Part shown: in pieces, positions 1-12,253 of the stretch
Layout: each line of letters begins with the position of its first letter
Numbering within the stretch: the stretch's first letter is position 1
Assembly (NCBI GenBank): GCA_026026165.1
Contig: JAPEUD010000013.1
Span: forward strand, 310,001 to 374,000
Reading direction: 5' to 3'
Source: Sarea resinae
Taxonomy: Eukaryota
DNA length: 64,000 bases
Program-made: the position numbers and the translations under genes
Notes under the pieces: generated by a model
What the model saw: only the letters and a program-made list of their open reading frames with translations
What the model was told of the DNA's origin: nothing
Databases searched by the model: none

Positions 1-553
1 CACGGACGCGCAGATTGAAAAAGCCATGAAGGGCACGTCGGCCTTCCACGTCTCCAAGAGCGAGTGTGTCGGTTTCGAAGTGCTGGAGATCACGCCCGCC
101 GACTCGGAGACAAAGGACTTTTACGCCAGCCAACCCTACGGCGCCCTGCAGCCCATTGGCACGCTGAAGGCGCGCCGCTGGTACAATCCCGACGCCGCGG
201 CCGAGGACGTCACCGGCGACGACGAAGCCGACGCGCGCTGTCCGTGGGCCAGGGACGCCGAGTGGGTGTTCTGGGTCGAGGACCATGTGCTCGAGCACTG
301 CTTCGTGGGCATGAAGGCCGAGGCCGTCGTCACCCAGCTCGATTGCGGCGTCGTCTTCTTCGATGCCGTCATCTCTGTCTTCTGCTCCTTTTTCACCGTG
401 CTGGATAATGAGCTTCTGATTGGCTGGAAGGATCATGTGCCTTTGGAGCCGAGGAGACGTCGTGGCGGCGGTGATGACGATGGTGGGGACGAGGGAAATG
501 CGGAGACGGAGAATGGGACTGGTGATGGTGAGGGTGCGCACGAGCTTGACTGA
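1..553 (+). CDS. arb1: 3' end of an Argonaute siRNA chaperone (ARC) complex subunit Arb1-like protein, truncated by the window start
   Basis: GC3-rich frame ending at TGA 551-553. The segment FWVEDHVLEHCFVGMK...LDCGVVFFD...CSFFTVLDNELLIGWK resembles the C-terminus of fungal Arb1 proteins as I recall it, followed by an acidic tail. Confidence 0.65.
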   Translation, partial: TDAQIEKAMKGTSAFHVSKSECVGFEVLEITPADSETKDFYASQPYGALQPIGTLKARRWYNPDAAAEDVTGDDEADARCPWARDAEWVFWVEDHVLEHCFVGMKAEAVVTQLDCGVVFFDAVISVFCSFFTVLDNELLIGWKDHVPLEPRRRRGGGDDDGGDEGNAETENGTGDGEGAHELD

Positions 554-1062
554 GTGGCCGGTCGTATCTCAAGCAGTCGGTCGAGGGTCACAGCCAGTCA
601 TCAGTTGGCGCCAGCGCCCTTGCAATGGGATCAAGGAGTCAGTCGGTCAGTCATTCAAGTGAAAAGATATCGCCAGGGCGGCAATCGGAAGGGAACAAGC
701 GGAAGTGACTAGATGGATGGCCTTTGTGTTTTATTCTTATTATCCCTTCATATCAGTTATTGTCTTTCAAAATGGGTCATGCGAAGGGGGCACCCTCCCA
801 CTCATTGGTTTACTCGCTCGCTCACTCATGTGATTTGGCCATTGTCATTGTGATTGTGACTGTACTCTGTAGGGGTGTGTGTAGATGCAACTGTAACCGT
901 AACTGTAATTGTGATTGCGATTGCAAGTGTTAATGTATTTGAGATTGTGATTGTGACTGTGACTTGATTCAATACAGAAATCTTTTCTCCGCTTTTCACA
1001 CCATCCCCATTTCTCCCTCCTCTCCTCCCTTCTTCACAACAAACCAAACCTTTCCTCCAATT

Positions 1063-2427
1063 CTACGGCCTCAACAACAGTTTCCCCGTCGTCCGCCTGG
1101 CCTCGAGGTCCTGCTGCGCGCGCGCAACCTCCTGCAGCGGATAGACGGCGTGCACGCGCACGTCCATGCGCGCGTCCGTCATCAGGCCGAACAGGTCGAC
1201 GCTGTAGGCGTCGAACTCGGCGCGCGTGGCCATGTAGCCGAAGAGCATCGGGCGGGTGAGTTTGATGTTTTTGGGGGAGAGGCGGCTGTTGGTTTTTTGG
1301 GTGGTGGTGGGTTAGCGTTGGTGGGTATAGTGGGGGTAAAGGGGGTAGGAGAACAGAGAGGCAACTCACGCAATCGTCAACGGTGGCACAGCCCCGGACG
1401 CGTTGCCAAACGAGACCATACTGCCCTTCCGCTTCAAGGCCTCCAGGGACGAATCAAACGTGGCCTTGCCCACGCCGTCGAAAACCGCCGCCACGCCCTC
1501 GCCGCCCGTGGCCTCCTTGACCTTGGCCACGACGTCGTCCTCGGTATAGCGCACCAGCACGTCGGCGCCCGCCTTCTGGGCCAGCTCCAGCTTGGCCGGC
1601 GTGCTCGCCGTCGCGATGACGTGCGCCCCGATCGCCTTGAGGATCTGCACCAGCCACAGGCCCACGCCGCCCGCGGCCGCGTGCACGAGCACCCACTCGC
1701 CCGCCCGCGTCGGGTGCGCCTCCCGCACCAGCGTCAGCGCCGTCATGCCCTGCAGGAGAGCCGCGGCCGCCTGGCCCGGCTGCAGCGCCGCGGGTACCTT
1801 GGTCGTGTGCAGGGCGGGCACGGCGGCGTATTCGGCGTACGCGGCGAAGCCGAGCCAGGCGACGCGGTCGCCGACCGCGAGGCCGTACGTGTTGTCGGGC
1901 GTCGAGTTGGGGCCCAGGGATACGATTGTGCCTTCGGCTTCGCGGCCGAGGATGTAGGGTTTATTGCTTGGGTAGAGGCCGGTGCGGAAGTAGCTGTTGG
2001 TGGTGATGGTGGCGTTATTATCGAACTTATTTTTGATAAAGGGCCTGCATCCGTGGCATCAATGATAAGCTAGGAGGGAGAGCACGCACGTGTCGATGTA
2101 ATTGATGCCGATGAACTCGTTCTTGACCAGCACTTCTCCCTCTTTCGGCACCGGCACGGGCAGGTCTGTCTTCCATAGCAAGACTTCGGGCCCGCCTGTC
2201 TCCTCGATGAGGACACCCTTCATCGTCTTAGGGATCGTTGTGGAGGATGCCATTGTGCGATTGGCAGTCAGCGAGATGCGGGTCGAAGGTGTCTTGTGGG
2301 ATATGTGGGAGCGCAATTGCGAGAGTCTCCTGATGGATCCTGAATTTGGACGGGATCGGAGGGGACTTGACGATGCGATTGTTGAAATGGCGCGTAGGGC
2401 GGAGCTACGGGGCAAGAGGGGAGACAT
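1063..2427 (-). CDS. zta1: NADPH:quinone oxidoreductase (zeta-crystallin/MDR family, Zta1-like), 3 exons, with a possible mitochondrial presequence
   Basis: Motifs GGPEVL, GINYIDTYFRTG, VHAAAGGVG, VFDGVGK, VSFGNASG and TTGKLLL. Introns at about 2089-1994 and 1369-1250. In-frame ATGs at 2427 and 2253. Confidence 0.92.
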
Positions 2428-2960
2428 GCAATTGTTGTGTCGCAAGATCTAACAATGGTGGTGATAGTGACGATGTTGGTCATGAAGCAATTGGAGCAGC
2501 GGGGCATCTGTTATTAATAATCACGTCAACAGCCAGGAGAGCGGGGTGACGTTGACAGATCGGGAATAAATGCGATGGCTGTCCAGTTCAGGGCTTATCG
2601 ATAAGCGGCGCGGGGCTGCATTAATCAAGGAGTGCGTACATAGGGAGTCAACGCGCACCTCTGTAACTTTGTCCACCCAACAAGCTGACGCCCATGATGA
2701 TGATAATGATAGTCAAGATGATATTTAAAATTGAAAGAAGAGTGAGGGGTTACATTGAACCGCCAACCTTGGCGCCGTATTATTTAGCCACATCCTCACC
2801 CTCCAATTTTCCCTTGCCAGCAGATCATCCGAGCTCTCAAGCAGTCCTGCGGGAGCATTCTTGCCCTAATCGTATAAACATTGACAGCCCTTATGCTCGT
2901 TCACGCGCCTGCCCATTGGCCATCTAATTCATCTTCTCTCGTCTCATCCATCCATCCCGA

Positions 2961-5900
2961 CTATCTCAACCTTCTCAATCCCTCGACCAATAGTCTCACC
3001 TCCTCGACACCTAGCCCCAGCCCTTCCACCATCTCCTCCTGCATCTCATCCTCGCAATCAAGGAATTTCTCTACCAGCTCGCCATCCACGAATCTGAACG
3101 GTTCTTCGGCCGTCCTCACAGAATTCTGGAACGCACGATAGCCAAGAAACGGGATAGCGCCCGGGGACGACACTAGGCGTGCCATGTTGGATTGGAGGCG
3201 CATGAGCGTGTCTTGTTGTTTGGGATGGATGAGCGCGAAGAGGTAGATGGATCCTTCGACCTGTATTGGTAGGCTGGGTGTCAGAATAGCGAGAAAAAAG
3301 AAGGAACGGGTTTCCTCACCGTTGCGAGAAAAGCCCGGGGGATGACAGGCGCATCCCCTGTCACGGGAACATTGACTCTCCTGATCCTGTTCACCATCTC
3401 TCCCAGACTGATCTCGCTCGTCACTTCCAGCCGTCGTCGATCATCATCAGTGACTCCGTTGATGTTCTGATGCAAGACCAGCAGATTGCCCTCCGCATCG
3501 CTCTCGAGATATGTGTGATCAGCCACATGTGCAACGGCCGTGGCCCATGTCGTCTGAAAGTGGCGAGCGACTTCTGTGAGAGAATCCGGGAGACCCGCTT
3601 CGCCGCGGTTGTAGGCGACTATGGACACGGATTTCATCAGGTCGGCGATGGCGATGAAGTTATCGGTGACGGCTATATCGATTGGAGCAGTGGAGGTACG
3701 GTAGGAGGCGCGTTTGGTGAGTCTCGGATGACGGGTGGCTTCGTATTCGAATGCGTAAACGACGACCTATGGCGTAATCAGCATATATGAGATAGAATGG
3801 CAGATGAAGCATACCGTCTTGACAAGTGCGGCCACGATCTTTCCCTCGACTATCGCGAGAGCCCTACAAGCACCCTTCACCGATAATTCAGTCACTAGTC
3901 TCAATCTCCTCTCGTCAGTAGCTTCGAAGATCAGAATCCGTCCTCGAATTGCCTCGTCATGCTCGTCGTCCAAGTAAGCCGTTCCCACGACGAAACGTTC
4001 TGCGACATCTCCAGCGCCATCGTCAAGCTCGGCCCTAATAACACTTTCTACGAGCTCATCCTGGTTCAAGTCGAAGCTATCTAATTCTATGAACATGACC
4101 TCATCAGCAAGCTTGAAATGGCTTTGGATGATCTCCAAGCCATCCTGAAGTGTACGTCGGATGGTTCCCAATCCGAACGCCTTCAAGTTGGTCGAATAAG
4201 CCACCCTTCGCACTGTCTCGTTCAGAGGCAGTGTTTGCACATGAGTCGTGCGCTCTACATCTACCATAGCTATTCGGAGATCTTCGGATGTAGCGATAGC
4301 GATCGCATCCGGATAGGCCTCAGAATTGAACGGACAGACACAGGAAGCTTTCTCGGCCGTGACCGCCGAATAGATTATGCGACCTTCTGAGCCGTATATC
4401 AGGCTCGGATGCTCGCACATTGCAAAAACGTTATAAAGGCCGTCTCCTCGAGGCAAAGCTCGAAAGTTAGCTTGCTGTGTGCCGAGAACGGTGCTCTTCT
4501 TCGCCGATAACGAGTAATCTTCAAGATTGACTGAAAACGTTATGACATTGCCGTCAGCCATGGCGACGAAAAGCGTTGGTGGCTGGTCGGCCAGAATCTG
4601 GGTCAAAAGTACTGAACGTGGAACGGCGGCCCCGTCTCCTACAACTTCGTTCTGAAGAGATTCAAGACTATCCAGCCTGAGTACCGCGATTGATGCACTC
4701 TGCCAGAAACCAACAACACAGATGTTCGACGAGGACGCAGGGATCGTGACACAGGCAATCTGACTATCGGCCCCAAAGTCTTTCTCAGAGGAAACTCCAA
4801 TCTCGCCTTCCATATCTAGGACCACAAGACTGACACCGCCTACCGAAAGGACTAGAGTGTGATCGTTGGCCGCGGCTGCTGTTATTTTTTGATCACCTGG
4901 AGGAGTCCAATCCGAGGTCATCATGCCACTTTCAAGGTCGAATAACCGGACAGAAGAGCGCGTCACTTGGACGATCCGCTGGCTTGAGAGGTTCGCCGCA
5001 AGCAGAGTACCCTCCGAGAAAGACAGGCCCTTAAAGTCGTCGACTTCTTCAACTTCCCCATCCGAACCAAATTGAAATATCCGCGTTTCATCAACGAAAG
5101 ATACCAACAGCGTGTCAACGTATTCTGTCGTCTCTGCAGTCTTCAGGCTGAAGAGATCTGTGATATGCTCCATTTCACCGAGGATCCCCAAATCTTCCAT
5201 ACCAACGCCACTCCTCACGCTGCGCAAGCTTCCATCTTTGAATGCTCCACTGCCTGTAACTAGCCGTGCTTGTCCTGAGGAGTATTCATTTGTCTGCGTG
5301 TCGCCTGCTCTGCTACCCATATCCATGATGGTGAAGTCTAATATCGGTGCAATATTTGGGAGCGTCTGAACCACTTCAATAGACTTCTCTTGTACCCTGA
5401 TGACTTGCGAATCGCCTTGGTGTGATCCTACGAAAACGGACCCTGCGTCAAGATACACCAAGACCGAGGCTCTAGACGTCTCGCCAATCGCCTCAAGCTT
5501 CCAACCAGATACTGCATCATCGTCTCCAAGTACAAGCATAAGTAAATATAATCGGCCATAATCATCTGCAAGTAGGAATCGTTGTGCATCAATTTGCTCC
5601 CAAGCAACGAATATGGTGGCCTCCTCGAGCGGATATGTCATCATATTATCATTCGTGCCGTCCAGATATGTGATCGAGGTTTCACCAAGAATAAGCACAC
5701 CAACTTGATAGTCTCAGTATTTGCCTATTCTTGAAACACAGGCAGACTTACACGCTGGTGCCGAGATAGGAATCAGGTGACTGGCTCCTAGCTCCAGCTC
5801 CTTCTTTGGACCGTTTATATCGAGCATCTCAAGACTTCCTGGCTCAGAGCTTGATCCAGGTGTATAATCGATCTCTTTGATCTTGATACGGACTTTCTTG

Positions 5901-6543
5901 TGCGAGTCCTCGTATAATAGCGCCATCTTGGGCTTGTGCTCTTTCTCTTCCCGCGCACGTAGAAAAGCTGATGACCGGACAAACAATTCGGGTACCCTTG
6001 CTGCTATCGGATCCGACAGTGTGCCAACTTCAGGATCTCCTTTTCTTCTGCTCTTCTGCACGATTGGCAGGACATTGATGATCCCTTCGAACAGCTCTAG
6101 GGTCATGAACCGTCCACTGGGATCTACCAAACACCGGTCTCCCGTCTGTGATGTCCTCGCCGTCCGGTCGGACTGATCCACAAAGCTCTTTTCGGTCCGC
6201 AACTGTCTGGACTGTGCATCCCATGACACCGTAAAGTACATATGCCGGTCGGTGCCCACAAGGAGGTGCTCAGTTGGCGACGATGCCGGCTGTAGCCTCT
6301 GTAGCATGGTGATTTTGCCATAGATGGCCTTTGAGTGCTGAAGAACAAGGCCATCGGGGCTCTGGGCATAAATCTCCAAACGGTGGGACTTGCTGCTCAG
6401 AGGTCAACACTTTAATGCTTCGATAAGTTTGTCTCAAGCGGAGCTTACGCAACAATCAGAGAATCCTCTTCAGGATCCAGGAATTTCAACTTCAGAGCAT
6501 GTCGAACACTGCTCGGGCTATGAATTGGGGCAATGTACGCCAT
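2961..6543 (-). CDS. ddb1: DNA damage-binding protein 1 (DDB1, CUL4 adaptor), 5 exons
   Basis: Starts MAYIAPIHSPSSVRHA at ATG 6543. Contains VFVGSHQGDSQ, NIAPILDF, SGAFKDGSLRSVRSGVG, ADLMKSVS and RFVDGELVEKFLD. Introns at about 6448-6393, 5751-5704, 3814-3768 and 3318-3261. Confidence 0.96.
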
Positions 6544-7635
6544 GATGCCTCGTGCCCGTGAATGTTAATCAAAGCCCGCAATCCAAGGTCAATCGAGGTC
6601 TCCCTTACGCAATGATGTTGATGCTCGGGTGAGGTTCTCCGTTGGTCGAAGGGGACCAGAACCGTCAATACCATCAAGAGCTGGAGATTGATTATTGATA
6701 AGATCAGATGGATCTACGGTAAGGTAAGGTACCTTATCTTAGGGCCGAGGGGGGCGCTAGTCTTAATTCGCGAGCCCCCAGGTAACTTTGGTTATTAGGA
6801 CCCTCTCCACCACAAAACCCCCGAGAACAAATTTATATCTGGCAGGTTTGGACAAGTGAATTATCTGACAATTTGTCAATTGGCAATCGCTATGAATGAG
6901 ATTGATAGTACAAAAGGAGGGTAGCATTCGTCTCTTTTAACGCTGCCAATGCAGCTCTCGTGCTAGCTGACGCGAGGTTGATCCAGTCGTCCCCGTGTCT
7001 GGCATCCAAAGGGCCGGCTTCTGTTCTTTCTCTCTCCCTCCCTTTCGCTCTTCTTGTCCTCCCTGGCCAGCCAGTCACCTTCGTACGAGAGAGGATAACA
7101 GCGCAGCAGAGTGTCCTCCAGAGGCAATCGTAAGTCAATGTCATTCCTCAGCCAGCCGGTTTCCGGTTGTGTTTGCATTCGAGCACGGATGGCGGGCATA
7201 GATACCCTGGATCGGACTTCAAAAGTTATCTATCCGCCTGAGGACATCGATCTCTCACGCGTGGGATGTTTCTTTGTCTTGTGGATGGGCGGGTGGGTGG
7301 CAGGTGCTTGTTTCAATAGAAGAAGGATTCCGCTCTCCTGTGGGTCTGTTGGTTCGTATTTCATATGCTATTTTCCATCCTTTGTCTCGTTACATGGTAG
7401 TGCTTCTGAATAAATACAAGTCGAACCCTGGTTTCGCCGTTTGCCGTTCATATCATGCTTCCCAAGGTTTCCCAAAAATAGCAAACGAGCACAACAAGAG
7501 AAAGGGAAAGATATGAACAAGTGGAGTTGGACTCCGAAAGAGCGGTGAAACGGACTGTCCATGCGACGACAGTAGCCATGACATCGCAAAGTCTCACCCG
7601 CCCACAGTGAAAAAGGCAAGAGAAAGGAAAAAAAA

Positions 7636-9884
7636 CTAAACGATCTTCTCGCCACGGGAAACGCCATCCTCGCGATGCTCAGTGCCGACGTCCTTCTCGC
7701 CCACGGTCTCCCCTTGCCCACCGATCTCGACCTGCTCCACGACACCCTCGCCCAGCATCTCGCCCTTGCGTTCGATAGCAGCGACGCGATCGCTGAAATG
7801 GCTCTTGACGCCCGAACTACGCCACGCGGGGAGCTTGGAATCGAAGACCTCGTCGATCTCCTCGAGCGTGCGGCCGGCGGTCTCGGGGAAGCCGACGAAT
7901 GAGTGCACGGTGGCGGCCGCGCAGAAGACGCCAAAAATTATGTAGGTGCGCCATTGGATGTTTTCGAAGGCAGGCGGCACGAAGAAGGCCAGCGCGAAGT
8001 TGAAGGCCCAGTTCGTAGCGGCCGATAGACCCACGCCTTTGGCACGGTATTGCAAGGGGAATACTTCGGCGCAGTAGATCCATGCTGCCGGTGCCTGTGT
8101 GGGGTTTGAAATTGATCCGAAGGTTAGCCATTGCTGGATGATTGGGTAGTGGGGATGGATAGGAGACGAGGAGAATGAGAGGAAGAGGGATGATGAGAAG
8201 TGGAACAGCACGAGGAGGATGAGGAGGAAAGCTAAGCTCACCCAAGTAAAGCCATAGCAGGCCACAAACAGATACGAGCAGGCAATGACACCTTTGGCAT
8301 AAGGCCCGTGCAGCTCCCATTTGATATTTGTGGCGTTGCCGACATGCGTAACTTTATGGCCCTTGGAGGCCATCAACCCTGCCACGCAGAAGTTGAACCC
8401 GCACATCAGGATCCCGCCATACACGAACAGCGGCCGCCGTCCGCACCTCTCAATAAATAGGAGCGTGACGCCGGTTGTGACGACGAAAATAACGTATTGA
8501 ATGATTGAGGACGTCAGATTGACATTTCCGGTTAGGCCGGCCATCTCGAACACATAGACCTGTTGTTTGAAGGAGTGGGGTTAGCGAATGGAGTTGGAAG
8601 GGGGATCTGGGGGGACAGGAAGGGGGCTCACGATGTAGTACATCATGACGTTTCCGCCAAGGAGTTGCTGCCACATTTGCACCGAAACGCCTGCGACGGT
8701 GCGTCGCCACATTTTCTTACCGAAGAGACCGAGCACGGGGAGTTGTTCTCCTTCCGCAGCGAGGCGTTGGGCCTCGCGGACTGTGAGAATGCGAATGAGT
8801 TAGATGTAAATCCTTCCTTGGCCTGTATGGCATTGCACGTTTCAATGACGCCGACAAACAATGCACTCACCTTCAAGATACTCGGCTTGCACAGTAGGAT
8901 GATGCGTATCGCCGTTTCCGTGCAGCATCGCAAGCGTATTCAGGCATTCCTCCCAGCGATCTTTACCTGCGAGCCATCTGGGCGATTCCGGGAAGAAGAA
9001 CATGGACGCGAAAAGTATAAGGGCGGGGATGCCCTGGATGCCCCATGCTGTTCGGAAGGAGCCCGGTCCGCTCATTTTCGAACACCCGTATGAAATTAAG
9101 TACATGATAAGGATGCCCCATTCGATGGCCCACTGTTGCATACCGACCACGCGGCCACGGATGCGGGCAGGTGCTAGTTCTGCTAGGAAGGCCGGCACTT
9201 GTGACGACGTGATACCGACTGTTGTTTGGATCGTCTCAGTACACTTCCGAGTTACGAGACCTCTAGAAAAGAGGGAGGAGAATGGACGAACCGCAAAGAC
9301 CGTTGATGACTCTTCCTGCGACCAGTTGCGCGACGTTTTGCGAGCTGAGTTGGATCACGGAGCCGACAATCCAGATGCACGATGCTATCATCAGGGATTT
9401 CCTCCTTCCGATGGCGTCACTGAGGAAACCTGCTCCTAAAGCGCCAGCGAGCGATCCTGCTGACATAGATGCCGTTATCTGTGGTCATATTTAGAAAATA
9501 TCCTCCGATCTAGGAGTTGGTGATACCTACACCGCCTTGCAGATTGCTGTCCGGGCTATTGAAGTAGTCTGCATATTGGGTGGTGCCGATCCAGGCACTC
9601 ATAGAACTGAAAGATGTGTCTGATGAGTATGATGCTGCTGCTAGCCATTTAAGATCCTCGAGGAGAGAGAGCTCTGTACCTAATATCACAACCGAATCTA
9701 TGGCATATGGTCAGCTAACTCGGTTCGAGACGATATAACTGGAAAGGGTGTTACTCACAAAGCGCCTCCAATCGTCCCAAATGCCGCGAGGGCTAAAAGT
9801 ATGTCAGCCTAAGCCCTTCCCTGCTGACCTTCTGCGAAAGATCATTAAAAACGTACCGTAGATGTTAGTGATGGTATACCCCAT
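7636..9884 (-). CDS. MFS sugar porter, high-affinity glucose transporter HGT1-like, 9 exons
   Basis: Spliced N-terminus MGYTITNIY|ALAAFGTIGGAL|FGCDIS|SMSAWIG. Motifs DAIGRR, AELAP, PESPRWL, QQLLGGNVMMYY, GRRPL and PETAGRTLEEID. Eight GT-AG introns between 9856 and 8095. Confidence 0.93.
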
Positions 9885-10027
9885 GGTGAAGATTGTCTCT
9901 TGCGCTGGCGTAAAGCCAATAATACAGGCAAGATGCGACAACGTTCTCGCTATCAGCAACCACGGTTGGTAAACTCAAGCACTTCAGATCTTCCTTCGCT
10001 AGGTACGAGAGCAGACTTGGGACACAT

Positions 10028-10620
10028 CTTTATATCTCCAGATTAAAAGCCACCAAATCCTAGGAATATCAAGCTTTGCCCCTTGTCAAAGAAGCTAGAG
10101 GTCTGCATGGCGTTGGGCAGCACGTTGCATCTCTCAAGGCCACATGCAATGCACAAAACCCAGCAGATGGTGTATACTGAGGGGTCTGAACTTCCCCGAG
10201 GGTCTGGGGTCGGATGAGGGGTGCCCCAGAGAGATCGACATGGCGATGCCTAGAAACATATCTTAGAGTTTGATATTTCCGGGTGGAAGAACTGTCAAGG
10301 GTCGTAAAGCCGTTGTTGCATTCATTAGTCGACTGTGCCGGTCCGTGATACGGATTAACTGAGCAAAGTGACCAATATCGAACGCCTCCGTGCCCCATGT
10401 TCCCCCACAAGAGTGACAATGAAGCTAGTGTCTGGGGTCCCCAATCAGGGTATTGCGGTCCATTGGTGCCCATGTGAGGATAGCGTCAAGGGTTCCGCGG
10501 CGGTAGTGGGGCTCGGGATCGCTTGGCAGGTCTTCCCCAGCTATCGAGTCCCGCTTCTTCGCGCAGGTAACCTGGCTTCTCCGGAATTGTCTGGGGACGA
10601 TATTGATGGGGTACTGGGGA
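10028..10620 (-). promoter_or_regulatory. Promoter of the sugar porter: TATAAA plus a cluster of CreA/Mig1 SYGGRG sites
   Basis: TATAAA on the minus strand at about 10028-10034. SYGGRG matches on either strand at 10036, 10204, 10224, 10403, 10432, 10506, 10535, 10579, 10591 and 10614. Confidence 0.6.
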
Positions 10621-12253
10621 TGAGGGGTTAGGGGCGACAGGTGAAGCGCAAGGGATCTGATTGTAGTCGCTCTCTTGCCACGAGGTCTGAGTGCAGAGAG
10701 ATGTGGACAAGCCAGGGATTGTCCCATGGGGTAGGGTAGCTGTACCTCCATCTAGAATATCTGAGCTGCTGTTCGTATAACAGCGAATGGTGGCGCCAGA
10801 TACAATGGGGATAAGTGAAGCAGCAGCCTGTACTAGGAGGGTCACGATCCCACCATGGCCTGAACTTTCGTCTGAAGAATGTTCGACGCTCGAGATGACG
10901 AGATTCGATAGGGCGGAGCGCCTCGACTCATAGCCTTGCAGCCAAGTCCTCCGGATAAATAGGGGCAATGGTTCGCTTTCGCCGTCAATGCAAACCTTTG
11001 GATTGACCCGTCGTTAGAGTTAGAGCATCACAACAGCTGTGCCACGGCAGCCATGGCTCCTCCTTACCCTGGGTCAACGTCTTCCTAGTCGTTCTCTGCC
11101 TTGCTCCAGTACGGAGCGGTGGATCGTAAGACACACGATCAGGCCGGATAATATCCATCTTCAGTAACCCCGCCACAGATTACCCCTGGTCCCGGTCGGC
11201 AAGAACGCCAACATGGGGAAAGGGAGGGTGCTCACCCCGCCTAGTGCTCTCTACCCCGGAGAAACACCCAGAGTTTTTGCGCCAATGATTGCTCGTCCCA
11301 GAGTCTTCGCGCGACCTCTCGTGTAAGTCTCCACAGCATGTGGAATAGGCCATGGCGAAGGTAGGATATTGTCATATGATTCCTCCTGACGTTCCCATGA
11401 GAGAGACGACAGGACGAGAAAGACGCGGATCGCGCAATAGAACGTGAGGACTCGCGGGCGATACTGTTGTGTGAGATGCAAAGGGCATTCCGTTGCTCGC
11501 GGGTGGTATCGGACTTTTGGCTTCTTGGTGACAACGTGAGTCGGCCTTGAATTGGACGGGGCAATGCACTGACTCTACGGAGTACTGGGGACCTCACGAT
11601 ATTGGGTAGCGCGTGTATGACAGCCATCTATTACCGACTACCTTACTCAGATACGATGTTTGGTGTCACAAGAACCCTTTACTTGGAGCAAACTATAGGG
11701 GAACGGGGAGCGGGGAGCAGGAAGGGGTCAGATTGGACGACGATACCACAAGCCCCGAAGCTGTGCAGAATGAGTGATTGACCTTTGCGCTTTGGACTAC
11801 TTCGCTTCTATCTCCCTCCCATTGTCCCATTTCTTTGGGTTTTACCCCTTCCCGGCCGGTCTAGAATTGTTCTCTTTGAAGCTGGCCATCCTTGTCCTTC
11901 TAGGCCACTCGTCTTGTTTACTCGACATCCACATCAGTCTTCTGTCAAAGCATTTACTGATACCTTGGATTCAACTTAATCCGACCGAGTTAGAGCGGAA
12001 GCTGTCCGCTATAGGAGGTCTGCACTGTCGAAACTTGAAGGTGAATAAGAGGCAAATTGAGACACAGGCTAATTGCATTTTCTCATAAGTCGCCGATTGG
12101 GTCTGTGTATCCAGTCTGTCATCAGATTCCTCGGAATGGGTCGTTGGTCCCTGAGGTCATGAGCAATTCTCCTGCTCTCTGTGCAAAACGATACATCCCA
12201 ATGGTTCCTCTTCTCAGGACGGGGTAGTCCGACAACAATTCTACCAACATCTC

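Noticed and set aside
964..2073. 369-aa + strand ORF and similar long antisense ORFs (43116-43940, 54898-55887, 57826-58599, 16638-17432)
   Set aside because: These are shadows of GC3-rich genes on the opposite strand, with no recognisable protein features.
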